Positions 9,360 to 21,627 of a stretch of 64,000 nt of DNA are shown here, one piece after another. The notes below the pieces were generated by a model that was given only the letters and a program-made list of their open reading frames with translations, ran no database searches and was not told the origin of the DNA. Position 1 is the stretch's first letter. Every line of letters starts with the position of its first letter. Made by a program: the position numbers and the translations under genes. Origin of the DNA: Candidatus Heimdallarchaeota archaeon. Lineage in GTDB: Archaea > Asgardarchaeota > Heimdallarchaeia > Heimdallarchaeales > Heimdallarchaeaceae. The DNA lies in assembly GCA_030603365.1 (NCBI GenBank), contig JAUVXV010000013.1:1-64000 (forward strand), given 5' to 3'.

Positions 9360-10397
9360 ATGGGTGTTAAAAATATAAAGGAATTATTTCAAGGAACCCC
9401 AATAGAAATAGACCATCTAAAACAAAAAAAATTGGCAGTTGACGCTTTTAATATTATTTACCAATTTTTAGCTTCAATAAGAGGTTATGATGGAAGTTTG
9501 TTATCAGATGGAGAAGGTACCATAACTAGCCATCTTACTGGACTTCTATATCGAAATGCTAGATTATTAGAAAGAGGAGTAAAATTAGTTTATGTTTTTG
9601 ATGGAGAACCATCCAAATTAAAACGAGAAGAAATAAAACGAAGAGCTGCAGTTAAAGCAAAGGCAAGAGAAGAGTTAGAAGAAGCTCTTGAAAGAGGAGA
9701 CATGGAAAGAGCCAGAACTGTGGCTCAAAGAACAAGTAAATTAACAAAACCAATGGTTGAAGATAGTAAGAAGCTTTTGAAGCTTCTTGGTATTCCCATC
9801 GTAGAAGCTCCTCAAGAGGGAGAAGCACAAGCAGCTTATTTGGTTCAACAAAAGAAAGTTTGGGGTGTCGCTTCCCAGGATTATGATAGTTTATTATTTG
9901 GGTCACCAACTTTAATTAGAAATCTAACGCTATCAGGTCGCAGAAAACTACCTAGATCAAATCGGTTCATTACAGTAAATGTTGAAGCTTACCATCAACA
10001 TGAGTTGCTTCAAACACTAGATATTTCTCGAGAACAGTTAATTGATATGTCGATTTTAATTGGAACTGATTTTAATCCAGATGGAATTAAGGGTATAGGT
10101 CCAAAGACAGCATATAAACTGATTAAAGAACATGGAAATTTGGAAACTGTGTTAGAAAAGGATGATAAAGTAGTTCTAGATGCAGATTATGGCGCAATTA
10201 GAGATATTTTTCTGAAACCTGTTGTAAGTAAAGAATTTGAGCTTAATTTTGAGCCAATAGACATTGAAGGAGCTATAGAATTCCTCTGTGATGAAAGAGG
10301 ATTCAGCAAGGATCGAGTTTTTGGTACTCTTCAAAAAGCAAAGAAAGGTCAGGATACTGCTTTAAAACAAAAAAGTCTTGATTCATTTTTTGGATGA
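9360..10397 (+). CDS. fen: Flap endonuclease 1
   Basis: MGVK N-terminus, DAFN..YQFL, EGEAQAA, SQDYDSLLFG, GTDFN..GIGPKTA and C-terminal PIP box QKSLDSFF. Confidence 0.96.
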   Translation: MGVKNIKELFQGTPIEIDHLKQKKLAVDAFNIIYQFLASIRGYDGSLLSDGEGTITSHLTGLLYRNARLLERGVKLVYVFDGEPSKLKREEIKRRAAVKAKAREELEEALERGDMERARTVAQRTSKLTKPMVEDSKKLLKLLGIPIVEAPQEGEAQAAYLVQQKKVWGVASQDYDSLLFGSPTLIRNLTLSGRRKLPRSNRFITVNVEAYHQHELLQTLDISREQLIDMSILIGTDFNPDGIKGIGPKTAYKLIKEHGNLETVLEKDDKVVLDADYGAIRDIFLKPVVSKEFELNFEPIDIEGAIEFLCDERGFSKDRVFGTLQKAKKGQDTALKQKSLDSFFG

Positions 10398-10404
10398 TGA
10401 TATC

Positions 10405-11658
10405 ATGACTTCAAAATATTCAGTTTTTGTAAAATTCGGGTCCAACAGGGAATTATCTAAGCTAGAACTGTCATCTCTTCTTGAAAAAATAAATCTAAAA
10501 GAAGTCTCATTTCAAGAATGGAAACAAGTTTTATTATTGAAATTATCAGAATATGAGACAGGAAGATTCTTCAACCAATTAAAGACTACAGGAAGTATAG
10601 TCAAAGCTGGAATTCTGGAATTTGAAGAAAATATCCAAAGAGAAAAGGAATGGAAATCAAAATTAAGAAAATTGTTAAATGAAACAATACAGAGAGTATC
10701 AGCGAAAAAAAAGAATCAGTTAAAAATCTCTATAAGTATTCAGAGTGTTTCTAATGAGATCACTACAAACATTCACAAAACCGTACAACGAACTATAAAG
10801 AATCTATCAGCTGATTTAGATTTACCGATAAAAATTCCTAAGCTGAAAAATGAACTCTATGAACAAACTCCTTTCCAGTATCAGAAGGAAAATATGTGGA
10901 GGAGAGGTTTTGAAGTTACAGGGTTTGTTATTAAATCTAAAATTTTCTTTGGTATAACAAAGTGGGTGACTAATCCACTAGATGATATCAAACAAGACGA
11001 AGGAAGAAAAGTACGATTTTTTACACATGGGACTTCAATAAAACTGGCAAGAAGTTTAGTATATCTTTCACAAATCCGAAAAGGAGAAACATTACTTGAT
11101 CCCTTTTGTGGCACAGGTACTATTCTTCTTGAGGGATTGAAACAAAGTGTAAAAGTCATAGGGATTGATAATGATCCAAAATGTTACAGAGCTTCTAAGG
11201 AAAATCTTAACCAATTTACATTCCAATTTCCTTCCAAGGAAAAAATGAAGGAAAAATGGATTGTGTACAAACAAGATTCTAGACAATTAAAGAGAGTTGT
11301 TAATGATAAAATTGGTGCTGTTGTGACTGAACCGTATCTAGGACCCTTTCTAACAGAATTACCTGAAAAAGATGTAGCGCGAAATATCATGAAAGAGCTG
11401 GAAAAGCTATATACTTCAGTTTTAAGAGCAAGTAAAGAATCATTAAGAGATAAAGCAAAAGTAGTTATGATTATACCTGAATATCAATACTCTAATGACT
11501 TAACAATACGTCCAAATGTAGAAAACATTGCAGGAAATAGCTCTTTAGATCTTGAAAATGTAAGTAGGTTTTTTTCTGTAAAACTACCCTTGGAGATAGG
11601 TCGCACACATAATATCATTGGTCGAAGGTTAGCGATTTTTAGAAATTCGATACCATGA
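10405..11658 (+). CDS. Trm11/TrmG10-like tRNA methyltransferase (SAM-dependent)
   Basis: LLDPFCGTGTILLE motif I and VTEPYLG motif IV, with a THUMP-like N-terminal region. Confidence 0.72.
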   Translation: MTSKYSVFVKFGSNRELSKLELSSLLEKINLKEVSFQEWKQVLLLKLSEYETGRFFNQLKTTGSIVKAGILEFEENIQREKEWKSKLRKLLNETIQRVSAKKKNQLKISISIQSVSNEITTNIHKTVQRTIKNLSADLDLPIKIPKLKNELYEQTPFQYQKENMWRRGFEVTGFVIKSKIFFGITKWVTNPLDDIKQDEGRKVRFFTHGTSIKLARSLVYLSQIRKGETLLDPFCGTGTILLEGLKQSVKVIGIDNDPKCYRASKENLNQFTFQFPSKEKMKEKWIVYKQDSRQLKRVVNDKIGAVVTEPYLGPFLTELPEKDVARNIMKELEKLYTSVLRASKESLRDKAKVVMIIPEYQYSNDLTIRPNVENIAGNSSLDLENVSRFFSVKLPLEIGRTHNIIGRRLAIFRNSIP

Positions 11659-11708
11659 GTAATTAAGAGTAAAAATGCATTTGAAAATAATCTTTCATGT
11701 TATTTAAG

Positions 11709-11975
11709 CTAATCTTCTCCGATTGCTAAAAAGTTCATATCTCTTGTCATTCTTTGGATACGTCTTTTTGTTTTAGAAATCCATCCCACATGAATCAAAC
11801 CTTGATTTTCTAATGTCATAAGTGCTTTGTTTAACTCTGAATGGGAATAATCACCATACATGTCTTTCAAAGGATTTTCAAGATCGCTCTCAATAACTAC
11901 CCCTCCTCTTTTCTCTAGTATAGCTAGAATGCAAGATTTCAAGGGTGTTACTTTCCACATGCCGTTTGAGCTCAT
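11709..11975 (-). CDS. Small archaeal winged-helix protein
   Basis: 88 aa; SELNKALMTLENQGLIHV matches a wHTH recognition helix and wing pattern. Confidence 0.7.
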   Translation of the reverse strand: MSSNGMWKVTPLKSCILAILEKRGGVVIESDLENPLKDMYGDYSHSELNKALMTLENQGLIHVGWISKTKRRIQRMTRDMNFLAIGED

Positions 11976-12097
11976 GGATAAAATAACATCACACTGGTTT
12001 AAATGCCTTGTGATTGAGAAAAAAAGGTGCTTACTTTAGACTATTCTTATTCAAAATTAAAATACTTTGCAACACAAAACTTATTATTAGTTAAATT

Positions 12098-12292
12098 TTG
12101 AGGACTTCAATCATTATGAACGCACGAGCTAGAATATTCCTAATATTCTTTATGTCTATGGGGATCATATTTCTTATTATAGCAATTGTCCAACACCAAT
12201 CTTGGTTCTATGAACAAATATCTTATTTCACAGAAGGCAACATGAAGAGTTTCTTAGACGCATATGTCTCAGGATTTCCAAAACCTTGGTGA
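12098..12292 (+). CDS. Small single-TM protein, probable partner of the downstream polyferredoxin
   Basis: One hydrophobic helix; ends 13 nt before the next gene on the same strand. Confidence 0.55.
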   Translation: MRTSIIMNARARIFLIFFMSMGIIFLIIAIVQHQSWFYEQISYFTEGNMKSFLDAYVSGFPKPW

Positions 12293-12305
12293 GCAAAGAA
12301 GGTAA

Positions 12306-13238
12306 GTGAACAAAATGGCAACAAAGCAAATAAAACCAATCCTTTCCCGGGCACTACGTCCAATACAAGACCATAGAATTAGAATTATCAGGTTAATTGT
12401 CCAATTCATAATGTTTGGATTGCTAAATGGGATAATTTTTGGAATAGGAAGAATACCTGTTCTTCTCCCAATAGCATATCCTACAGGTGGTCCTTTTTCC
12501 ACAGTTTGGAACGCTTTTGAAGGATTACAATATTTGCTTACTCGCTGGATATTCCCTTATCTTGCTATATCTGTGTTTATTCTATTTGGTACAATTCTAG
12601 GGAAGACAACATGTGGCTGGGTTTGTCCTTTTGGTTTCTTCCAAGACCTATTTAGGTTAATTCCTATAAAGAAGAAAAAAGTTTCAAAACCCTCAAATAA
12701 AAATTTGAGTAGAATAGGAATGGCAATAACTATTTTTATTCTAATGATGTCATTCATTATTGGTGTAACCTTCAACAACAGTGGAACAAAAACTGCTTTT
12801 GGTGCAGGTAAAGATATGCCATATAGTACAATAGATCCAGCATCTACATTGTTTGGGACACTCTATTATTACTTAAGTTGGGGAATGCAATCTGACAATT
12901 TTGGAGCAGAAATAGGCCAATGGACATTCGTGTTCTTTCTCCGCATTATAATTTTTATAGTCGTTTTAGTACTAATCACACTTTATCCAAGAGCTTACTG
13001 CAGGTGGTTCTGTCCTACTGGAGTTATGCTAGGTTTCTTCAGTAGATTTAGTATATTTGGATTGCGTATAAACAAAAATAGATGCTCAAGTGGTTGTGAC
13101 AATTGTGAAAAAGCCTGTCCAACGCAAGTTCCAATTTTACAATATGATAAGGACATCACGAATAAAATGTGTATTAATTGTGGAGAATGTATAGATGCTT
13201 GTAAAGATGGAGCTCTCAAATTAAAATTCAGATTTTAA
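12306..13238 (+). CDS. NapH/MauN-type membrane 4Fe-4S protein
   Basis: CGWVCPFG and YCRWFCPTG motifs, several TM helices and a C-terminal 2x[4Fe-4S] domain (CxxxCxxCxxxCP / CxxCxxCxxxC). Confidence 0.88.
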   Translation: MNKMATKQIKPILSRALRPIQDHRIRIIRLIVQFIMFGLLNGIIFGIGRIPVLLPIAYPTGGPFSTVWNAFEGLQYLLTRWIFPYLAISVFILFGTILGKTTCGWVCPFGFFQDLFRLIPIKKKKVSKPSNKNLSRIGMAITIFILMMSFIIGVTFNNSGTKTAFGAGKDMPYSTIDPASTLFGTLYYYLSWGMQSDNFGAEIGQWTFVFFLRIIIFIVVLVLITLYPRAYCRWFCPTGVMLGFFSRFSIFGLRINKNRCSSGCDNCEKACPTQVPILQYDKDITNKMCINCGECIDACKDGALKLKFRF

Positions 13239-13418
13239 TTTCCATCATTCTTTTGCTTTTATATACCTAATCCTTCATTATTTATTGATTATCTTACAAA
13301 TCATGGAGTTTTATATTGAAAAATATTGTGTCTGTTAATCCGATAAAATATAGTTTATAAAGCTCTAGAACATATCAAAAACAGATTAAAACTCTATTTA
13401 TTCTTTGAGGAATAATAA

Positions 13419-15605
<2,187 letters not shown>

Positions 15606-15713
15606 CCCTAGTTTTATATTTTTAATCAATAATTTTACTAATAGATTATATGAGATATTAAACAAATTTTTAAGTATCAACATACACTAAAGAATCTAAG
15701 GGTTGTTTGTACG

Positions 15714-16565
15714 TTGATGGGGTTCTACATTATAGACAAGGAGAAAATGGAAGTATTATTCTGCAGACCTTTAGCAGTAAAAGCTGATGAATCTGAAATA
15801 GATAAGATTATTCAGTTGCTATTAGATTTTTACATTAAATCTGAAGATAAACCAACATTAAAAGAGTTACAGCTTTTGAAGTTTGCTCAGTCAAAAGTTA
15901 TATTCATGAGTAAATTTTCTTTCCTATTTGTCCTTCTTAGTCCCCCAAATTATTCAACTGAAATGGTTTCATCACAATTATTTTTCTTTATGAAATTATT
16001 TCTAAATGCATTTGAAATCAAAGACCTTAAAAGTGCTGAAGAGTTTTTGAACGAGTTAAAAGGTATTAATAGAAGAGAAGTTTCTGAATCGCTTTCCCAT
16101 TCTTTTCTACTCTGGAATGTATTAGATTTGCACATTGAAGACATAGACAAAAGAAATATGATTGAGGTTTTTGAGAATGTGATTAATTCAATTTGGTTAG
16201 GGATGAAATTATTCAGTGCTGAAAATGAAGCAAGCGTGCCACGTGATTTGATCAAAGAAGTGAAAGAACAACTCCAGAATTATATTAATGAAAATTCTTT
16301 CAATATCAAAGAAGCTTATAAATTAGATGAAAATGAAGGTTTTAGTTTTTGTGATTTAGATATTCAAAAAGGTACAACTACAGAGATAAAAAGAGAATTT
16401 TTGTTACTTGTAAAAGCATTTACGGAGATTATTGAAAAGCAATTGACTATTGAAGGCTTACGTCAGATTATTGCTATGAAGATCCCTTCAACAATGAAAG
16501 CGGAATGGGAAAGGATGCAAGGATTAAGCATGCTGCAAGAAATTCTAAATCAGGTGTGGAGGTAG
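15714..16565 (+). CDS. Longin-like N-terminal domain protein
   Basis: N-terminal beta-beta-alpha pattern (GFYIIDKEKMEVLFCR...FLFVLLS) typical of longin folds; lies directly upstream of a Rab-like GTPase. Confidence 0.5.
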   Translation: MMGFYIIDKEKMEVLFCRPLAVKADESEIDKIIQLLLDFYIKSEDKPTLKELQLLKFAQSKVIFMSKFSFLFVLLSPPNYSTEMVSSQLFFFMKLFLNAFEIKDLKSAEEFLNELKGINRREVSESLSHSFLLWNVLDLHIEDIDKRNMIEVFENVINSIWLGMKLFSAENEASVPRDLIKEVKEQLQNYINENSFNIKEAYKLDENEGFSFCDLDIQKGTTTEIKREFLLLVKAFTEIIEKQLTIEGLRQIIAMKIPSTMKAEWERMQGLSMLQEILNQVWR

Positions 16566-16570
16566 GAAAA

Positions 16571-17158
16571 ATGAATCAATTACAAAAAATAATATGTGTC
16601 GGCTCTGCTTTTGTGGGAAAAACATCATTATCAAGACGATTTACACTGAATACATTTATTCATAGTTATATTCCAACTTTAGGAGTTAGTTGGTTAACAA
16701 AAACTATCACTTTAACTCAAGAACAATTGAATGGTAATTTGTCCAAAAAAGTTTACACTGAACCTTTGACAACACGCCTTAGTTTGTGGGATACAGGTGG
16801 TCAGGAGATGTTTACCTATCTTCGTCCTAAGTACTATTCTGGAGCCACTTGTGCTGTACTTGTTTTTGATATAACCAATCAGAGTTCCTTTGACGACATA
16901 GAAATGTGGGTAAATGAAGTAGTTGCTAAATGTCCTGACATTCCTATAGTTATCAGTGGAAACAAGTATGATTTAAATGAAGCAAGATCTGTAAAAAGGG
17001 AAGTTGCTGTGGAATATACTAGGCTTCATCGTTTTGATTATATTGAAACTTCTGCATTATCTGGTTATAATGTTGACAAACTATTCTATCATGCAAGTAG
17101 ATTATCACACCAGTTTAGCGATGAAACTCTGAAATTCAGAGAGGAATATTCATTGTGA
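16571..17158 (+). CDS. Rab-like small GTPase
   Basis: GSAFVGKTS, YIPTLG, WDTGGQE, GNKYD and ETSA. Start taken at ATG 16571, just after the upstream stop. Confidence 0.92.
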   Translation: MNQLQKIICVGSAFVGKTSLSRRFTLNTFIHSYIPTLGVSWLTKTITLTQEQLNGNLSKKVYTEPLTTRLSLWDTGGQEMFTYLRPKYYSGATCAVLVFDITNQSSFDDIEMWVNEVVAKCPDIPIVISGNKYDLNEARSVKREVAVEYTRLHRFDYIETSALSGYNVDKLFYHASRLSHQFSDETLKFREEYSL

Positions 17159-17240
17159 TATTTTTCAGTTTGTTTTAAACCTTAGATACCAAATCTCACC
17201 AAAAATATATTTTATAAACTGAAAATACAAATTTGCTATC

Positions 17241-18401
17241 ATGAGCGACGAAGCTTTATCCATTATTTCTGATTATGTTTCAATTAATGGTAATGAAACA
17301 TTATCTAAAGCTCTTCCTATTTTTAAAGAACAAGAGAGAGAATTGCTTATATTTGAAGAAGGCGATGTCTTCCTCGGTTATCTGACCAAACGACATATTA
17401 CATTACAGTCAAGAATACAACCAGATGCAAAAGTATCTAGTTTAGTAACAAGGGTTTCGACCGTCCACAAGGATACACCTTCAGATGCAATTGCTAGAGC
17501 TATTTTATCAGAGAAAATCTTTTCTGTACCTGTTGAAGAAAATGGTAAAATTATCGGTGTTATTCGCGATATCGATTTACTAAGGGCTTCTGAAGATGTT
17601 TTTGGAAGTAAAAAAGTAAAAGAAGCGATGACTCAAAATCCTATAACTATTACAGATGATACCTCTGTTGCTCGTTTCATTGCAATTTCTAGAACAAATA
17701 ACATCTCCAGAACTCCTGTAGTTGACTTATCAAATAAATTAGTCGGAATTGTTAGTCCTCACGATACTTCAACCTTAATACTTTCAGAATCTTCAGGTCA
17801 GACAGTTGGTGATAGGAAATCAGCAAAACAAGATATCCTTTCTGTAAGTGTTAAAGAAATTATGACTGAAGAAGTAGTAACTTGTAAGGAGGATGATTTT
17901 CTAATAGAAGCGATCAATCGTCTTTACAATGCTAATCATAAAGCACTGATAGTTACTGATAGTGGTAACCATCCCGTAGGGATTCTAACAACAAGCGATT
18001 TACTTGAATCTGTGTCTATACCTCCCCAAACTGAAGGCTATTACTTTAGAGTCTTAGGTGATGTAGATGATACTGATATGGAACAAGTAATTGAAATGGG
18101 TATTGAATTAGTAAAGAAGTTTGCTGATATTATTGGTAAATCAGGTCAAATGTTTGTTCATGCAAAGGTTTTCCCAAAAAGGAAATTCAGAGGTTTTGTT
18201 CTATATCAAACAAGAGTAAGAATATCTACTGATAAAGGCAAGACATACGTTGCTAGATCTGATGGTTATGGTATCTTCAGTGCATATGCTGTCGCATTAG
18301 ATCGTATAGAAAGGGAAATAGTTTCAGAGAGAGAGTTGGAACTTGATCGAAGACAGTCGGGTAGTGAAAGATATATCCTAGAAGAAATAGACGAACTCTA
18401 A
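17241..18401 (+). CDS. CBS-domain protein with a C-terminal HPF/RaiA-like domain (Hib-type ribosome hibernation factor candidate)
   Basis: Four CBS repeats (e.g. VKEAMTQNPITI, VKEIMTEEVVTC), then YVARSDGYGIFSAYAVALDRIEREI, which resembles the HPF C-terminal helix. Confidence 0.7.
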   Translation: MSDEALSIISDYVSINGNETLSKALPIFKEQERELLIFEEGDVFLGYLTKRHITLQSRIQPDAKVSSLVTRVSTVHKDTPSDAIARAILSEKIFSVPVEENGKIIGVIRDIDLLRASEDVFGSKKVKEAMTQNPITITDDTSVARFIAISRTNNISRTPVVDLSNKLVGIVSPHDTSTLILSESSGQTVGDRKSAKQDILSVSVKEIMTEEVVTCKEDDFLIEAINRLYNANHKALIVTDSGNHPVGILTTSDLLESVSIPPQTEGYYFRVLGDVDDTDMEQVIEMGIELVKKFADIIGKSGQMFVHAKVFPKRKFRGFVLYQTRVRISTDKGKTYVARSDGYGIFSAYAVALDRIEREIVSERELELDRRQSGSERYILEEIDEL

Positions 18402-18430
18402 TCTCTTTTTCTTTTTCATTTTCATTTTTT
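18402..18430 (+). terminator. T-rich terminator
   Basis: Oligo-T tracts immediately after the stop codon. Confidence 0.5.
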
Positions 18431-18492
18431 AAATAATGGTATAAAGTCCCTATCGTTAATCTTTTTAATTTAGAAAGTTGGAGAGAATTGAA

Positions 18493-19551
18493 ATGAGCAA
18501 TACAGCAACAAAAAAACGAAGATCAAATTTTGCTTTATTAAATAGAGAAGTTATAAAACCAGGGTATTGTACTAGTTGTGGGGGATGTGAAGCTGTATGC
18601 CCCGTATTTGTTATTTCTATTGATCAATTGGTTCCTAAACTCATCGGAGGGTGTATTTCTTGTGGAGCTTGTGTAGATGTTTGTTTAAGATATAAACAAA
18701 GAGTGGAACAAGCTGCTGTTGAAGAAGAGAGTCTCGGTGAAATAATAGAGTTGTACAAAGGTAGATCAAAACTTGAGGATATCAAAGATAATTCACAAAA
18801 TGGGGGCGTTGTAACCACCTTACTCCTTACAGCGATGAGGAAAGAGAAAATTGATGGTGCATTAGTTACAACCCATATTTCTGATCTGCTAGGACCTGTT
18901 CCAATGCTTGCATTAAATGAACTTGATATAAGAAAAGCTTCGAAATCAAAATATACCCTAAATCCTGTACTTATAAAACTACCAGCAATTAAATTAAGTC
19001 ATAAGGAAAAAGTAGCTTGTGTTGGTTTGCCATGTCATACTGAAACATTATCAAATGCAATTGAAATGAAGAATCTAGGTGCTGATTTCAGAGTTGATTA
19101 TAAAATAGGTCTTTTCTGTATGAGCAGTTATAACCCTTCAACTTTCCGCAATATTATAAGTCAGAATTTAGGATTGGATGCAGAATCGTTGTATAAAACC
19201 GATTGTGCGAGAGGTAAATTCTTCTTTGTTGGTCCAGATGGAACTACTGATATAAAAATTAAAGAATGTTCTGAAGCAAAAGCTGAGGGCTGTAAATATT
19301 GTTTAGATTTCTCCGCTGAATTTGCTGATATTTCTGTTGGTAATGTTGGTGTAGGTGATGATAGTAATATCATCCTTATAAGAACTGAAGCAGGAAAAGC
19401 ATTATTTGATTTTGCTCTTAAAGAAAATGTTTTGGACGTAGAAAAAGTAGAAAAAGATAAGTGGGAAGAATCATTAGCAGCTGCAAAGAAACTATCTACA
19501 ATAAAGAAAAAAGGAGCTAAATCCCTTCCTCCTATCGAATCTCCAAAATAA
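18493..19551 (+). CDS. F420 hydrogenase/dehydrogenase beta-subunit family (FrhB/FpoF-like) with an N-terminal ferredoxin domain
   Basis: Two CxxCxxCxxxC motifs, QNGGVVT, SKY, VGLPCH, IGLFC and GCKYCLDF..ADISVG. Confidence 0.88.
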   Translation: MSNTATKKRRSNFALLNREVIKPGYCTSCGGCEAVCPVFVISIDQLVPKLIGGCISCGACVDVCLRYKQRVEQAAVEEESLGEIIELYKGRSKLEDIKDNSQNGGVVTTLLLTAMRKEKIDGALVTTHISDLLGPVPMLALNELDIRKASKSKYTLNPVLIKLPAIKLSHKEKVACVGLPCHTETLSNAIEMKNLGADFRVDYKIGLFCMSSYNPSTFRNIISQNLGLDAESLYKTDCARGKFFFVGPDGTTDIKIKECSEAKAEGCKYCLDFSAEFADISVGNVGVGDDSNIILIRTEAGKALFDFALKENVLDVEKVEKDKWEESLAAAKKLSTIKKKGAKSLPPIESPK

Positions 19552-19567
19552 TAATTGAAAAAAATAG

Positions 19568-20326
19568 GTGAGAGCCATATCTCGTATAGAACTCATCCCT
19601 GTAAGATTACCTATAGTTCAGAAGGATGATGACATTTCCCAGTTAATTCTATTGTCTCTAGACGATGCTAATATAACAATTGAAAATAGTGATGTTTTTG
19701 TTATAGCCCATACAATTGTATCTAGAGCTGAAGGGAAAGAGTTCCATATACCATCTCTCCACTCATCTCCTTTTGCAGAATATATAGCTAGAAAGACAGG
19801 AAAAGATCCAGCTTTAGTTCATCTAATACTTGAAGAAGCGGAACAAATCTTGAAAGTTCAAAACAATATTATTATTACCAAAACGAAACATGGATGGATA
19901 TGTGCAAATTCAGCTATTGATCAATCAAATTCTAGACCAAATTGCGCAGTGTCTCTACCTTCTGATTCTAATGCTTCTGCTGAGAAAATTGGCAAATATT
20001 TGAAAAAAATGGTAGGTAAAGAATTAGCAATCATCATTTCAGATACACATGGACGCGCATTAAGAAGAGGAGCTATCAATGTGGCAATCGGTTCTTATAA
20101 CTTTCCAGTTATTGATGATGTTAGAGGAAGAAAAGACATTTTTGGCTATGAACTAAAAGCTACTATAGTCGCTCTAGCAGACGAAGTGGCATCTGCTGCG
20201 GAGTTAGTTATGGGTCAAGCTGGGGAGATGATACCCGTTGTAATTATTAGAGGGTTGGAATTTAAGTCTCCTATATCAGACATTTCAGAATTACAATTTG
20301 ATGATGATAGAAGGTTATTTAGGTAA
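19568..20326 (+). CDS. cofE: Coenzyme F420-0:L-glutamate ligase
   Basis: HTIVSRAEG, CANSAIDQSN, SDTHGRALRRG and ADEVASAAELVMG...PVVIIRG. Confidence 0.92.
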   Translation: MRAISRIELIPVRLPIVQKDDDISQLILLSLDDANITIENSDVFVIAHTIVSRAEGKEFHIPSLHSSPFAEYIARKTGKDPALVHLILEEAEQILKVQNNIIITKTKHGWICANSAIDQSNSRPNCAVSLPSDSNASAEKIGKYLKKMVGKELAIIISDTHGRALRRGAINVAIGSYNFPVIDDVRGRKDIFGYELKATIVALADEVASAAELVMGQAGEMIPVVIIRGLEFKSPISDISELQFDDDRRLFR

Positions 20327-20411
20327 TTAAATTCAAGTTGTCACCAACACTACTTTAAAAAAACGAAGGATTTTAAACTAGTATACCTATCTGTACTTAA
20401 GGTGTTCATTA

Positions 20412-21131
20412 TTGTTTAAAGGAATGCGGAAGTCTGTAGCAGAAAGAGCCAACGAAGAATTAGGTAACGCTAGACAGGCTGCTCAAAGAAAAGACTATCA
20501 GGTTGCAGTGGAATGTACTGAAAAAGCTCTGGAGTTTCTTGAAGATGAAAAAAACCGCAAAAAGATGGATATGGCTAAAGCATTGTATAATGAATATCAA
20601 GGAATGAACGCTATTAAGTTTAACAAGGCGTTAGAAGCTGCAAATTATCTTGGAAGGTCTGGGGGATTTTATCACCGATTAGGTATGCTAACTGATCATC
20701 AAAGAGTTTTCGAACAACAAGCAAAAATTCTACGGGTGGTAGCTAGACAATACATGCAAGATAAGAAATTTGTAGACGCTGCGTCGTATTTTGAACGTGC
20801 TGCAATGGCTTACCAGAAATTCGATAAAAAAGCTGACGAGTTAGATTGTAAAGCCAAATCATATATCTCTAGAGCAGCTGCGGAAAAAAATATTTCAGGT
20901 AGAAAACTCTACCTCAAAAAAGCTGTGGAATTAATAGAAGAACGGGGTTCAGATGAACCTGTAATTAAAGCACATTTATCTTATTATAATGCTCTTTTTG
21001 TGGAAGAAGAAAGACCAGATCTTGCTCTGAAGTACTATACTGAAGCTCTGCAAAATTATCAACTTGCAGGAATACAAAGTAGAATAGAAGAAATAAAATC
21101 TAAAATTCAGAAGCTTATAGAACTTGTGTGA
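20412..21131 (+). CDS. TPR/alpha-SNAP-like helical repeat protein
   Basis: Repeated AAxYFERAAxAY-type helix pairs; all-alpha and soluble. Confidence 0.6.
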   Translation: MFKGMRKSVAERANEELGNARQAAQRKDYQVAVECTEKALEFLEDEKNRKKMDMAKALYNEYQGMNAIKFNKALEAANYLGRSGGFYHRLGMLTDHQRVFEQQAKILRVVARQYMQDKKFVDAASYFERAAMAYQKFDKKADELDCKAKSYISRAAAEKNISGRKLYLKKAVELIEERGSDEPVIKAHLSYYNALFVEEERPDLALKYYTEALQNYQLAGIQSRIEEIKSKIQKLIELV

Positions 21132-21220
21132 AAATTCTAACAGACACCAACAACAGATTTAAAAGAACTTTTCTCCTAAAGATGTAATAGGAAATAATAT
21201 ATTATAAGGAGGAAAAATAG

Positions 21221-21472
21221 TTGGTAAGTATATTACAAGCTTTGAAGGTTTCTGCATTATTCTTAATTTTGGGTATAATTCCTTTAATAGTCGCTATATT
21301 CTCAATTTTCGCATTATATAACGGAGGAATTGCAGAATTCGGTTTTATTGCACTTGACCTATCAGGACACTCTTATGTTTGGATAATTGGGTTGGTTGTA
21401 GGATTGATTGTATTTTTCATAGGACTATTCAAAGCAATAGGCGATATTACTGAAGCTGCGTTAATTGAGTAA
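21221..21472 (+). CDS. Small 2-TM membrane protein
   Basis: Strong GGAGG RBS upstream of the TTG start; two hydrophobic helices. Confidence 0.7.
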   Translation: MVSILQALKVSALFLILGIIPLIVAIFSIFALYNGGIAEFGFIALDLSGHSYVWIIGLVVGLIVFFIGLFKAIGDITEAALIE

Positions 21473-21627
21473 AAAGCTCTTGTCTTTTTACATTAACCTC
21501 TTTTTTTAGTTTTACAATTGCCACTATAGAATTACGTCATTTTACCCAAAATAGATTTAAGTGTATATTATAAGATTCAACAAGAGAAATTCAATATTAG
21601 CTCACTGCTGACTTTTGGAGAGATAAA

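Noticed and set aside
16505-16570. Longer start for the Rab-like GTPase
   Set aside because: It overlaps the upstream gene by 61 nt, whereas ATG 16571 sits just after that gene's stop with GGAGGT upstream.
18493-19551. Selenocysteine recoding in the FrhB-like or other redox genes
   Set aside because: The ORFs are full length with Cys at the motif positions and no in-frame TGA.
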